DNA from: an uncultured delta proteobacterium | Lineage (GTDB): Bacteria; Desulfobacterota; Binatia; JACPRU01 | Direction: 5' to 3' | Length of the DNA: 64,000 bases | NCBI GenBank assembly: GCA_963745025.1 | Contig: CAVUWD010000006.1 | Coordinates: 532,211 to 596,210, forward strand | Shown: one piece after another, positions 40,455 to 51,518 of the stretch | Layout of the letters: every line of letters begins with the position of its first letter | Numbering within the stretch: the first letter of the stretch is position 1 | Made by a program: the position numbers and the translations under genes | Notes under the pieces: generated by a model | What the model saw: only the letters and a program-made list of their open reading frames with translations | The model's database searches: none | Told to the model about the DNA's origin: nothing

Positions 40455-42077
40455 TCACAGGCTCACCTCGGCGCGCAGCAAGACTTCGTCGCGATCGCGG
40501 AAAAACCCGAGGTTCACGAAGTTGCCGCGCGTGATCGCATACTTGGCGGTGAACCGCAGGTGCGTGCCGACCAACCACGTGATGCCGGGCACGGCCGAGA
40601 TGACGCCACGCGGGTCGTAGGAGCCGAAGACCGACGGCTGAAGGCGGCCTCGCCAGAGCAGCGTGTTCAGCAAGAAGGTGGTGACGAACTCGTCCTCCTT
40701 TCGGGGCACGAAGTCCTTGGTGTCAGGGTTGATGATGCCGGTCTTGATCGAGCTGTCGTAGTCGAAGATGTGGGTGTGGAAGACCTGCGTGGAGAACGTG
40801 AACGTGTTGGTGGGATTGAGCGTGCGCACCCAGAAGGCCTTGTCGAAGCCCAGCACCCAGCGGAAGATGTCGCGCGACGTGAATCCGCCGGCGGCCTCGC
40901 CGACGCCGCCCGCCTGCTGGTTCGCGACCGCCTCGCCGACGAGTACCGCGAAGCTCGGGCCCAAGCCCGCTTGAGCGGGGACGAAGACGCGCTCGTCCCA
41001 GAACATGGCCGCCTCGGCGCGCACGACCGTGTCGATCGGCGGCTTCAGGTGCATGGTGAAGGTGCCGCCGGTGATCTGCTGCTGGTAGAAGACGAAGTCG
41101 ATCGCGGAATTGGGCACCGGGTTGCCGTCGACCAGGTCGACGCTCGTGATCACCGCCCGGGTCGAGGGGTTGTCGTTCCACGTGACGTAGTGGGCGACCG
41201 ATACGGTCGCGTCCTCGAAGAGGGTGGCGAGCAGGCGTCCGCCGCCGCGACTGTCGTTCGGCGCACGTCCCGGCCTCGTCACCTCGCGAGCGAAGAAGCT
41301 CGGCGGCGCCGGCGCGGCGAAGGGACTGCCGCGCGGCGCGACCGGCGCCTCCTGATCGTCGATCTGCGCGGGGACGAAATAGGAATCGACGGTCAAGTTG
41401 GTGACGTTTTCGCCGCGCCACGGCAGGGCGAGCGTGCCGCGCATCATCCATAGCGGGATCCGCCGATCGTCGAGGTCCTCGACGAGCGGCAGCCCGAAGC
41501 GGTTGTCGAGCGGCTCGATCATGTCGAGCAAACGGAAGCCGTCGGTCTCTCCCCACGAGAGATCCTGGCGGCCGATGCGCAAGAAGAGCGGCCCGATGCT
41601 GCCCTGCCCGTAGGCATTCCACAGCTCGTCTTGGTGTCCGAGGATCTGGCGGTTGTCTGCGGTCCGGTTGACGGTGCGGCTCGCCGCGGGCTCCTGTGGG
41701 TCGAACGGCGAAGGCGGGTTGACCTCGACCTGATTGGAGTACTCCCGCGGCCCGTAGTCGTAGAGGCCCTCGTAGACACCCTTGAAGCGCACGCGATAAC
41801 CCAGGTCGTAGAGCCAGGCAGGCCTCTGCTCCAGCCACCGATCGAGCCGGTGTGCGAGCTCGACCTCGAGGAGGTTCCGCTGTTGAACCACATGCCCGGA
41901 CGGGGTGGGGGGAAACGTGAATCCCGACGACTCTTCGGTGCGAATCGCGGTCTGCGAGTACGCCCGGCCGAGCAGCTGGATCGTTTCGTCGCGATCGAGG
42001 TAGACGGCGCCCGCAGGTGTCGCCAGCAGCCAGGCGAAGCCCACAAGAGAGGCAAGGCGTTCCCATCCGTGTCGCAT
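40455..42077 (-). CDS. DUF1302 family outer-membrane protein
   Basis: Signal peptide, LRIGRQDLSWGETDGFRLLD, DDRRIPLWM, C-terminal FRDRDEV. Confidence 0.8.
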   Translation of the reverse strand: MRHGWERLASLVGFAWLLATPAGAVYLDRDETIQLLGRAYSQTAIRTEESSGFTFPPTPSGHVVQQRNLLEVELAHRLDRWLEQRPAWLYDLGYRVRFKGVYEGLYDYGPREYSNQVEVNPPSPFDPQEPAASRTVNRTADNRQILGHQDELWNAYGQGSIGPLFLRIGRQDLSWGETDGFRLLDMIEPLDNRFGLPLVEDLDDRRIPLWMMRGTLALPWRGENVTNLTVDSYFVPAQIDDQEAPVAPRGSPFAAPAPPSFFAREVTRPGRAPNDSRGGGRLLATLFEDATVSVAHYVTWNDNPSTRAVITSVDLVDGNPVPNSAIDFVFYQQQITGGTFTMHLKPPIDTVVRAEAAMFWDERVFVPAQAGLGPSFAVLVGEAVANQQAGGVGEAAGGFTSRDIFRWVLGFDKAFWVRTLNPTNTFTFSTQVFHTHIFDYDSSIKTGIINPDTKDFVPRKEDEFVTTFLLNTLLWRGRLQPSVFGSYDPRGVISAVPGITWLVGTHLRFTAKYAITRGNFVNLGFFRDRDEVLLRAEVSL

Positions 42078-42107
42078 CGGCACCCCGGGGGTTGGATGGC
42101 GCTCTCA

Positions 42108-42250
42108 CTAGCTCGCCTTGTTGAGCGTCCGCAAGTAGGCGACGGCGTCGCGGATGTCCTTGTCCGAAAGCGCCGGGTTGAAGCCCTTCGCCGGCACGGC
42201 GCTCGTGGTCGCGCTCAGGAGATCGTTGACAGGGCGCCCGTTGGCAGCCG
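42108..42250 (-). pseudogene. Cytochrome c C-terminal remnant
   Basis: GRPVNDLLSATTSAVPAKGFNPALSDKDIRDAVAYLRTL*; no CxxCH. Confidence 0.5.
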
Positions 42251-42339
42251 ACGAGATCCGCGCGGCGCCATTGAGAGAGCGAGCCACGAGTTGAGAAGTG
42301 ACGCCCCCTGCACCGTCGCGCAGGGGGCGTCACTCTCGT

Positions 42340-45300
42340 TCAGCGCACCTGTATATTCACGGTGCTGGACTGGTTCGTCAGATTCGGGTCTGGAGTTGCA
42401 CTCGAGACACTTCCGGTGCAGCTGAGAACACCGGTGGCCTCAGGCATGATCGTGATGTCTCTCGTGACGGGTGCGCCGGTCATTAGCGTCTCCAGAGGAC
42501 ACGTGACCGACCCCCCGGTCGCGACGCAGCCACTCGACCCATCGACTATATCGTACGGCACACCGGAACAGATGAGAGTTGCCGTTCCCGCCGTAGCCGT
42601 GTCAGGACCGAAGTTCTTGACCCTCAACTTATACTCGACCTCCCTTCCCACCCTCACCTGCCTCGGCTCCCCTTGGAGCTTCAGCGAAAGATCCGCGCTG
42701 CCGCAACTGGGGCCTGGGTTGTTTCCCGTGCACACGCCCGCTTGGCACGTGTCGGTCTGCGTGCAAGCGTCGCCGTCATTGCATGCCGTGCCGTCGGCTG
42801 CGGGCGGATTGGAGCACGTGCCGGTCGCGGGATTGCACGTACCGGCGGCGTGGCACTGATCGGGGGCGGCACAGGTCACCGGGTTGGCGCCGGTGCAGAC
42901 GCCGGCCTGGCACGTGTCGGTCTGCGTGCACGCGTCGCCGTCGTTGCATGCCGTGCCGTCGGCTGCGGGCGGGTTGGAGCACGTGCCGGTCGCGGGATTG
43001 CACGTACCGGCCGCGTGGCACTGATCGGGGGCGGCACAGGTCACCGGGTTGGCGCCGGTGCAGACGCCGGCCTGGCACGTGTCGGTCTGCGTGCAGGCGT
43101 CGCCGTCGTTGCAGGCGGTGCCGTCGGCCTGCGGGCGGATTGGAGCACGTGCCGGTCGCGGGATTGCACGTACCGGCCGCGTGGCACTGATCGGGGGCGG
43201 CACAGGTCACCGGGTTGGCGCCGGTGCAGACGCCGGCCTGGCACGTGTCGGTCTGCGTGCAGGCGTTGCCGTCGTTGCACGCCGTGCCGTCGGCTGCGGG
43301 CGGATTGGAGCACGTGCCGGTCGCGGGATTGCACGTACCGGCCGCGTGGCACTGATCGGGGGCGGCACAGGTCACCGGGTTGGCGCCGGTGCAGACGCCG
43401 GCCTGGCACGTGTCGGTCTGCGTGCACGCGTTGCCGTCGTTGCAGCCGTGCCGTCGGCTGCGGGCGGATTGGAGCACGTGCCGCTCGCGGGATTGCACGT
43501 ACCGGCCGCGTGGCACTGATCGGGGGCGGCACAGGTCACCGGGTTGGCGCCGGTGCAGACGCCGGCCTGGCACGTGTCGGTCTGCGTGCAAGCGTCGCCG
43601 TCGTTGCATGCCGTGCCGTCGGCTGCGGGTGTACCGCTGACACATAGGCCCGCCTGGCAGGTGTCGCTTGGCGTGCAGGCGTTGCCGTCGTCGCACGCCG
43701 TTCCGTCGGCCGCCAGGGCGCCGCTGACGCACACCCCTGCCTGGCAGGTGTCGTTTAGCGTGCAGACGTAGCCGTCGTCGCAGGGCGTGCCGTTGGCCAC
43801 GGGGTTGGCGCCGACGCAGACGCCGGCCTGGCAGGTGTCGGTCTGCGTGCAGACGTCACCGTCGTCGCAGGGCGTGCCGTTGGGCTTGTCCGGCCTGGTG
43901 CACACGCCGGTTACGGGATCACAGCTAGCGGCCTCGTGGCATTGGTCGGCCACGAGGTTGACCGCCGCATTCTGCGCCCCGATCAGATCGCCGACGCCGG
44001 CGAGGCCACAGATTTCACCGGCAACGCATGTCGGGCAGGGCGCTGTCGGCGCACAGTCCGCATCCAAGCCGCACGCCTGGCTGTTCGTCACGCTGCACAG
44101 ATTGTTTTGGCAGGTTTCATTGGGACCGCAGAGCGGGCAGGGCACCGTTGACGAACAGTCCGCATCCGTGGCGCACGCGTGGGTGGTCGTCACGCTGCAA
44201 TGTTGGACACAGGTTTCACCTGGACCGCATAATGGGCAGGCCGGCGACGTACAGTCCGCATCCGAAACGCAATCCTGGGTGGTCGTCGAACTGCAAGTCT
44301 TGGCCGGGACAACCGAGCCGCAATTCGGATTCGCAATCGTCGGGTCCTCGCAGAGCGCCTCATGCTCGGCGGTATATTGCCCCGTGTACTTGTAGAACTC
44401 GTAGCGCCGACTTACCGCATCCTTACCGGCGCCCACTTCCTTTTGGTTTTCCTGGATCTCATTCGGCCCCGCGGGTTCACCCGCTGGGGCGGATTGGAGG
44501 ATCTGCCACTCGACCTCAGGTGGTTCCACGTCCGGGTTCGGCACCGCCGCGCCACCGAGAAGAAGATCTTCGAGAGCGGGGGGCTCCGGCAACTCGGTCA
44601 CGTAAACCTTCTCCCATATCGCTTCTCCCCACTGGGGCACCACCTCGGGGGGTGGTGGCGGCGGTGCTTCAACGACCGCGACTACCACAGGCGGTGGGGG
44701 CGGGAGATTGGGCACCGGTGGCTGCGGGATGACGTTCCATGCGGGCGCCGGGATACTCACATTGCTGCCGACCGGAGTCAGCGTACCCGGCGCACCCTCG
44801 ACCAACCAGCGATAAATCGTATTCGTCGGGTTCTTGATCAGCGAGACACCGAAGTGCTCACAGCCGCTGGTCGGATAATTGACCGGATCCCCACCATACC
44901 AGCACTGGTGTCCCATCGTCACCGGGTAGGGGCTTGTTGCCGGCGGGGTGGTAGCGGCCCAACCAGTCGTCGGATCATATGGGCTCGCGTAGCGAACGAT
45001 CACGCCGGCGGCGATCGGCACGATCTCCGGGGTGCTGTAGCGTATGTAGGGAGGGGCTCCGGGCGGAGCCGCAAAGGTGTAAACGACATCTGTGGATGAA
45101 AGACCGTCGAGTTCAATTTCGAACCCGTGGCAGGGTTGCCCAGTGTCGTTGATGACGTCGAAATTGCTCAAGCTGCCGTAGATCGCTTGGGCGGCCGCCG
45201 GACGAATTGTGACCAGAGAACACGCCAGCGCAACCCAGAGTATCGCCCGGCGAGATGACGCGAGTCGGAGGCACGAACGCGTACGGTGAGAAGAATTCAT
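42340..45300 (-). CDS. Secreted Cys-rich repeat surface protein with C-terminal DUF11-like Ig domain (~986 aa; two compensating indels in the repeats)
   Basis: Signal peptide, N-domain YGSLSNFDVINDTG, Pro-rich linker, CDDG/CNDG repeats, ADLSLKL...YKLRVKNFGPDTA...DPNLTN. ORFs 43372..45300 and 42340..43203 share a frame. Confidence 0.8.
42796..43620. repeat. Five near-identical 165-bp tandem repeats (55-aa Cys-rich unit)
   Basis: Units start at 42796, 42961, 43126, 43292 and 43456 (lengths 165, 165, 166, 164, 165). Confidence 0.93.
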
Positions 45301-45407
45301 TGTCGGGCCCCCCTTTGTCTATGGCGAAGCAGCGCCACCTGGTCCGAAGCTTGGTGTCACTCCGCCGCGTCTGCAGCTCCAGACATGACTATCTAAGCAT
45401 GGTGATG

Positions 45408-45443
45408 TGAGAAGAGAGTGAGAGACGGATGAGGAGCGTCTCA
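45408..45443 (-). promoter_or_regulatory. OmpR-type direct-repeat box upstream of the Cys-rich protein gene
   Basis: Minus strand: TGAGA cgc TCCTCA tccgt CTCTCA ctctc TTCTCA (11-bp period). Confidence 0.65.
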
Positions 45444-45558
45444 TCTTCGTCCGATCGAAGATGGGCTATGAATGCCGCGCGAAGCCTCATCGGGCTCTCC
45501 TCAAAATGGTGGTATAAGAAAATGTCATGACGTCTTGCGTTCACAGGGGAGACGCGGT

Positions 45559-46248
45559 GTGAAGCTCTTGGTCGTCGAGGACGAGCTACCTACGGCAGGG
45601 TTCCTGCGGCGCGGGCTCACGGAGGAAGGGTTCGCCGTGGACGTCGCGCCGGACGCTGCGAGCGCCGTGGAGCAGGTGGCGAGCTGCGACTACGACGCGA
45701 TCTTGCTCGACGTGATGCTGCCCGGCGCCGACGGATTCGCCCTCTGCCGGCGCTGGCGCGCCGAGGGCGTCACTACCCCGATCCTTTTTCTGACGGCGCG
45801 CGACGACGTGGCCGATCGCATCCGCGGCCTCGATCGTGGGGGCGACGACTACCTGGTGAAGCCGTTCGCGTTCGCCGAGCTGCTGGCCCGCGTGCGGGCG
45901 TTGCTGCGCCGGCCGCGTGCGATGACCGGGACGCCGGAGCTTCGGGTTGGCGAGCTTGTGATCGATACGAGTCGCCGCAGGGTCAGCCGCGGAGGCAAAT
46001 CCGTAGGGCTCACGACGCGAGAGTATCAACTGCTGGAGCATCTGGCCCGCAACGCCGGGAAGGTCGTGAGCCGGACCGCGCTCTGGGAGCACGTCTGGGA
46101 GAGCGGTGCCGAGCCGGACTCCAACGTACTCGACGTGTACATCCGATATCTGCGCAACAAGCTCGGGCGGAAACCGGATCTGATTCGGACCGTTCGCGGC
46201 GGAGGGTACATCCTCGAGACCGAACCCTCCGCCGACGAGACGGCATGA
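45559..46248 (+). CDS. OmpR/PhoB-family response regulator
   Basis: LVVEDE, LLDVMLP, LTAR, DDYLVKPF, winged helix SNVLDVYIRYLR...TVRGGGY. Confidence 0.95.
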   Translation: MKLLVVEDELPTAGFLRRGLTEEGFAVDVAPDAASAVEQVASCDYDAILLDVMLPGADGFALCRRWRAEGVTTPILFLTARDDVADRIRGLDRGGDDYLVKPFAFAELLARVRALLRRPRAMTGTPELRVGELVIDTSRRRVSRGGKSVGLTTREYQLLEHLARNAGKVVSRTALWEHVWESGAEPDSNVLDVYIRYLRNKLGRKPDLIRTVRGGGYILETEPSADETA

Positions 46249-47726
46249 CCGCGTCGTTGCCGCGCCCCACGACGTTTCGCGCCAGGCTGGCGGTCAGCAT
46301 GACCGCGTTGTCGATCGTCGTGCTCGCGTGCGCCGGCGCGCTGATTTACGAGCAGACCCGCCGTACCTTGCGCGCCAATTTCGATCAGGAATTACTCACG
46401 ATCGCGCGGACGGAGGTCGCGTCGGAGTTCGACGAGCCCGGCGTCGGCGTGCACGTGCACGAGCTGCCACCGGTGGCGCTGCCGCCCGTCGGAGGCTCCG
46501 GGGGTGAGAAGTTCACGCGCGTCACCGACGCCGCGGGGCGTGTACTGGCCGCGACGGCGAACCTCGCCTCGGGGCCGCCGCTGATCGACGACGAGAGTCG
46601 GCGTGCCCGAGCGCTCGCCGGTGGGATCGCGTTTGCCGACCTGGAGCGCGGCCATGTCCATTGTCGCGGTGTCTACTACCCGATCACGACGCACGAAGGT
46701 GCGCCGCTGGCCCTGCTCGTAGCGTTGCCGACCCGGCCGCTGGACCGCACCCTGCGCGCCGTCCTCGGCGCGCTTGCGCTTTCGCTGCTGGTAGCCGGGG
46801 CAGGGGCAGGATGGGGCTCCGTGCGGATCGCGCGGCGACTCACGTCACCGCTCGATCGCATTGCCGACGCGGCCCGTGCGATTCGCGCCCAGGGGCCCGG
46901 CACGCGCATCCCCGAGGTGTCGTCGGATGCCGAGATGCAGGCGCTCACGAATATTCTGAACGAGATGCTCGCCGGACTCGAGGCGGCGATGAGCCTGGAG
47001 CGGCAGACGGCGGACGCTCAGCGGCGGTTCGTGACCGATGCCGCGCATGAGCTGCGCTCGCCGCTCGCGAACCTGCGCGGCACCATCGAGGTGACCCTGC
47101 GCCGGCCCCGCTCGACGGCAGAGTATCAGGAGTCGCTGCAGGTCGCCGCCCGCGAGATCGAGCGGCTGTCCCGGTTGACCAACGACCTGCTCACCCTGTC
47201 GCGCGTGGACGCCGGGCAGCTGACCTGCCGCCCCGAGCCTTGCGACGTGGTGAAAGTCGCCGGCGACGCCCTCGCCGCATGCACGAATCGAGCCGCGGCA
47301 TGCCGCGTACGCCTCGCGTTTCAGGCGCCAGCCTCTCTGCCGATCCTCGCCGACGCGGACCGTTTGCGGCAAGTGCTCGACAACCTGCTCGACAACGGGC
47401 TGCGCTATGCGCCTGACGGTTCGACCGTCACCGTCAGCGCGGAGCCGCTCGAGGGCGCCGTGGTCCTCGCGGTGCGCGACGAGGGGCCCGGCCTCTCGGT
47501 CGAGCAGCAGGCTCGGGCATTCGACCGCTTCTACCGTGCGGACGATTCGCGCTCGCGCATCTCGGGCGGGTTGGGTCTCGGGCTGCCGATCGCGAAGGCG
47601 ATCGTCGAGGCCCACGGAGGCACGCTCACGGTACGGAGCACGTCCGGCGCGGGCTGCGCCTTCATCGCGACCCTGCCGGTCACTGCGGGCTCCGCTGCGC
47701 GACCGGCGGCGCCGCCGGGATCGTGA
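46245..47726 (+). CDS. HAMP sensor histidine kinase
   Basis: Two TM helices, DAAHELRSPL, NLLDNGLRY, DEGPG, GLGLGL; ATGA overlap with the regulator. Confidence 0.95.
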   Translation: MTASLPRPTTFRARLAVSMTALSIVVLACAGALIYEQTRRTLRANFDQELLTIARTEVASEFDEPGVGVHVHELPPVALPPVGGSGGEKFTRVTDAAGRVLAATANLASGPPLIDDESRRARALAGGIAFADLERGHVHCRGVYYPITTHEGAPLALLVALPTRPLDRTLRAVLGALALSLLVAGAGAGWGSVRIARRLTSPLDRIADAARAIRAQGPGTRIPEVSSDAEMQALTNILNEMLAGLEAAMSLERQTADAQRRFVTDAAHELRSPLANLRGTIEVTLRRPRSTAEYQESLQVAAREIERLSRLTNDLLTLSRVDAGQLTCRPEPCDVVKVAGDALAACTNRAAACRVRLAFQAPASLPILADADRLRQVLDNLLDNGLRYAPDGSTVTVSAEPLEGAVVLAVRDEGPGLSVEQQARAFDRFYRADDSRSRISGGLGLGLPIAKAIVEAHGGTLTVRSTSGAGCAFIATLPVTAGSAARPAAPPGS

Positions 47727-47759
47727 GAAAGCTCTCATCGGCTCCTCACGTCCCTCTCA
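47724..47759 (+). promoter_or_regulatory. OmpR-type direct-repeat box upstream of the secreted protein gene
   Basis: TGAGA aag CTCTCA tcggc TCCTCA cgtcc CTCTCA (11-bp period). Confidence 0.65.
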
Positions 47760-47840
47760 TCGGACACTGCGCATATTTCCCTCAGAGGTGACAGGCGGCT
47801 CAGCACCGAAATCACAATCTTCAGTCCGGAGACGGAGAGT

Positions 47841-49247
47841 ATGAAAAAGAACAGACTACTCATCAACCTCGTGACGCTTCTGCTCGCGACTACGACAGCC
47901 GGCGGCAGCGATGCCGCTTCAAAGAAACCCCAGCCTGCCAGCGGAAACGGCTGGTCGGGAGCCTCGGCAATCTCGCCGGTGAATCAGCCCGACCCGACGC
48001 GCGGCTCGCAGTTGAACGACGTCGCGGTCAGCGCCAGCGGACTGACGATCGCCGCCTGGGACCAGTTCACTTACAACACCGGCGGCCCCTACACGATCGG
48101 CGCGGCCGTACAGTCCGGCGGCAGGTGGGGTGCGCCGTTCACCATCTCGGGCACAACCGGGTTCTCGATGGCCCCGAAGGTCGCCGTCGGTGCTGATGGA
48201 ACCATGGCGGTCAGTTGGACGTACCAGGATTCGGCGTTGCAGCAGCAGAAGATGCAGGTCGCTGTGAAATCGGCCGCCGCATCGACATGGACCATCACGG
48301 ATCTCGCGACCGGACCGATCGGTGGCGTCTCGGTCACGCTGTTCGTGCCGGTCGGCGTGGACGCCAATGGAAACGTGACTGCCGCATGGACCTTGTGGAA
48401 CGGCACGCGCCACATCGTGCAGACCAAGACGCTGCCGAAGGGCGGCACGTGGCCGGCGACGCCGACGACGCTCTCCGGGACGGCCGACGGGCTCTACATA
48501 GACCTCGCGGTGAACGCGAAGGGCGATGCCGCGGTCGTCTACTCGCTGTCGCCCTACTCCAGCTACCTCACGGGAACCTCTGCCGAGTTCGTCTCAAGGA
48601 AGGGCCCGACTGGCGACTGGACTGCGCCGGTGACGATTTCGGAAACGATCTCGTCGAACATCGGCTATGTCACGATCCCGCAGGTGGCGTTGGACGCGAA
48701 CGGCTTGGCGACCGTGATCTACTTCGGCTACGGCGTGGAGGGCACTCGTCAGCGCGCCGACGGCACCTGGACGTCCCCGCAGACCGTGCTCCAAGCGCCG
48801 AACCAAGTCTCGTCGTATCTGAGCCCCGACCTGGCCGTGGACAGCGCCGGGAACGCCGTCGTCGCGGTCTCGATCTTCGACGCGACGATTGGCGTGGATC
48901 GCGCGTCGGTCTGGGTTGCCCTGGGCGCGCCCGACGGCGCTTGGGCTCCGCAACACCGCATCACCGATCCGACCGTGCCTGTGGACGCCTACGCGACGCG
49001 CGTCGCGTTTTCGCCCGACGGCACCCTCGCCATGGTGGGCTGGATCGACCACTATCACGGAGTCGTGCAGGTCTCGAAACTGAGCGGCGGCATCTGGGGG
49101 GCAGCGAACACAATCGGCCGCGGGACCGCCTGGTCGTCCTTCCAGGAAGTGCTGGGACTCGACGCCGGCTCGGGCACCGTGGCGCGCGCCATCTGGAAGA
49201 ACGCCAAGACTGGAACCCAAACCATGGCCGCGAGCTATGCGAAATGA
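47841..49247 (+). CDS. Secreted beta-propeller-like repeat protein
   Basis: Signal peptide; about seven repeats of (V/L)AVDA.G.A...W plus G.W.AP..IS. Confidence 0.8.
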   Translation: MKKNRLLINLVTLLLATTTAGGSDAASKKPQPASGNGWSGASAISPVNQPDPTRGSQLNDVAVSASGLTIAAWDQFTYNTGGPYTIGAAVQSGGRWGAPFTISGTTGFSMAPKVAVGADGTMAVSWTYQDSALQQQKMQVAVKSAAASTWTITDLATGPIGGVSVTLFVPVGVDANGNVTAAWTLWNGTRHIVQTKTLPKGGTWPATPTTLSGTADGLYIDLAVNAKGDAAVVYSLSPYSSYLTGTSAEFVSRKGPTGDWTAPVTISETISSNIGYVTIPQVALDANGLATVIYFGYGVEGTRQRADGTWTSPQTVLQAPNQVSSYLSPDLAVDSAGNAVVAVSIFDATIGVDRASVWVALGAPDGAWAPQHRITDPTVPVDAYATRVAFSPDGTLAMVGWIDHYHGVVQVSKLSGGIWGAANTIGRGTAWSSFQEVLGLDAGSGTVARAIWKNAKTGTQTMAASYAK

Positions 49248-49434
49248 GAGAGCGCGCTGCGCGATCCCGCCGGCACGACGGCATCCTCGCCCGCACGGGC
49301 AGCTACGCCCACTGCAACTTCACCGTGTCTCGCCGCGAGGCGCCCAGGTGCGTACTCGATGAGGCCGCTCGCTCAGTTTGGGGATCACCGCGTCGAGGAT
49401 CGAGCGTCGACTTGCGCCTGCGCAGTGCGGCGAA

Positions 49435-49772
49435 TGCACTCGCGTACGAGCAGCGGAGCGACGGAGCGCTCTTGCTTGCCGCAGGCGTGCCCGCGGCGTG
49501 GGTGCGGGAGTCGCCCGGCGTGCGTGTCCGCGGACTGCCGACTCACGCCGGGGTGCTCGACTACACGATGTGCGCCGAGGGCGAAGACCGTGTGCGGGTC
49601 ACGTTGGGCGGGGCCTTTCGCTTTCCGAGCGCAGGCATCGTGGTGGAGTCGCCGTTGGCGGAGCCCATGCGTCGCGTCGTGGTCGACGGGCGTGAACAGG
49701 CCGCGACCGAGCCCGCAGCGGGTCACTCTGCGCTCCATGGCCGCGGAGCTGATCCTCGACTACCGACCGTAG
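49435..49772 (+). pseudogene. C-terminal fragment of a discoidin-domain/glycosidase-like protein
   Basis: AYEQRSDGALLLAAGVPAAW...GVRVRGLPT..G.LDY; frameshift near 49715. Confidence 0.45.
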
Positions 49773-49777
49773 TCGGC

Positions 49778-51477
49778 TCAGCCGGCCGTCGCCTGCGCCA
49801 GCGACGCCTGATACTTGGCGACGGCCTGCTCCAGATTGAAGAACATCCTCTCGCGGCCCAGGGTCTGGCCCAGGGGCGAACGCTGGACCATCGCCAGCAC
49901 TCCTGGGTTGAGGCCGACGAGCCACAAGAAGACGCCGTCCTCGCGAAGTCTCTTCTCGCCTTCCGTCAACATCTTGAGCGCCGTGTACTCGAGATCGAAC
50001 ACGCCGCGGAGATGGAGCGCCACGACCTTCGGCTTCGCCTCGGCGATCGACGCGCCTCATCTTCTCGCCGACGCGCTCCGCGTTCGCGAAGAAGATCCGC
50101 CCCTCCGGCCGGAGCAGGAGCAACCCGGGAAAGGTCTCGTCCTCGGGATGCTCCTCGGAACGCGGTCGGAAGACGTTCGTGCCCGGCTTGCGCCCGAGCA
50201 CATGGACCGGCGGGTCGGCCACCTGGTAGGCAAGGGCGAAGAGCGAGACGATGATGGCGACCAGGATTCCCTGCAGGGTTCCGAGCAGCACCACGCCGGC
50301 CAGCGCGGCCAGGGCCCACACGAACTCCGTTCGCCGCACGTCGAGGATCGTCGCGGAACTCCGCCGGCTTGATCAGGCCGATCGAATAGACGATGACGAC
50401 GGCTGCGAGCGTGGCTTCCGGCATCAGCCCGATGAAGGGAGCCAGCAGCAGCATCGTCACCAGCGTGGCCGCGGCCGCGACCAGCCCCGCCAGCTGTGTG
50501 CGAGCGCCCGCCAGGCGGTTCACGGCAGTCTGTGATGGTCCCGCCGCCGGCCGGCATCGCGCCCAGAAATGCGCCTCCCGCATTCGCGAGACCGGTCGCC
50601 AGCAGTTCGCGGTTCGCCTGCGGCGTAGGCTCGCCGCTCTCCGCGAATGCGCGCCCGGCCGCAATCGTTTCGGTGAAGCTCATCAGCGCGATACCCAGGC
50701 CGCGGGCCAGAGCTGTTCGATCAGCGCGAGGCCCGGCAGGGTGAGAGACGGCAACCCGGTCGGAACGTGGCCGACCGTTCCCACTCCGTACGCCTCCAAG
50801 CCGAACAGGCTCATGGCGGCGATCCCGCTGGCCACGGCGATGAGCGGCGCCGGCGCTCGCGGAACGAAGCGCTCGACCGCCTCCAGAATCCCCACCATCA
50901 CGACCCCCACGGCCAGGGTCGCCATCGAGGCATGTGGAATGCCCTGAGCGATGGACAGGACATTGTGAAAGAACGAGCCTTTGGGAAAATGAATGCCCAG
51001 CAGCTTCGGGACTTGATCCAGCACGATGACGAGCCCGATCCCCGCTTTGAATCCGATCAGCACCGGTTCGGAGATGAAGTTGGCTACGAAGCCGAGGCGC
51101 AGGAGCGCCGCCAGCACGAGGATGACGCCGACCAGCAAGGTCAGCGTCGCGGAAGCGGTCAGGAGGGACGCCGGGTCTTCGCCCGGAGCTGCCTGGCCGA
51201 GCGCTGCCGCCGTCAGAATGGCCATCGTCGTCGTCGTGCTCACGCTCAGCGGCCGGGAAGTCCCAAGCAAAGCGTAGATCACCATGGGCAGGAGCGCGGT
51301 GTAGAGCCCGACCTGCACGGGAAGGCCGGCGATCGTCGCGTACGCCAGGGCCTTCGGGATCACGACTGCCGCGGTGGTCAGACCGGCGATGACGTCCAGC
51401 TTGATCCACTCGCTTTTGTAATCGCGGATCCAGGTGGGCGCGGGGATGGGGAAGCTCGCGTGGCGGTCGTTTGGCAT
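49778..51477 (-). pseudogene. SulP/SLC26 anion transporter with STAS domain and about four frameshifts
   Basis: DVIAGLT...IPKALAYATIAGLP..GLY, NRELLATGLAN, STAS domain; frame breaks near 50700, 50535, 50345 and 50050. Confidence 0.85.
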
Positions 51478-51518
51478 CGTCTTATCTCGCGTCCGATGTC
51501 GTGCGCCGGAGGAGCAGG

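Noticed and set aside
42796-43620. CRISPR-like array
   Set aside because: The units are contiguous 165-bp coding repeats without unique spacers, and no cas genes are visible in the window.
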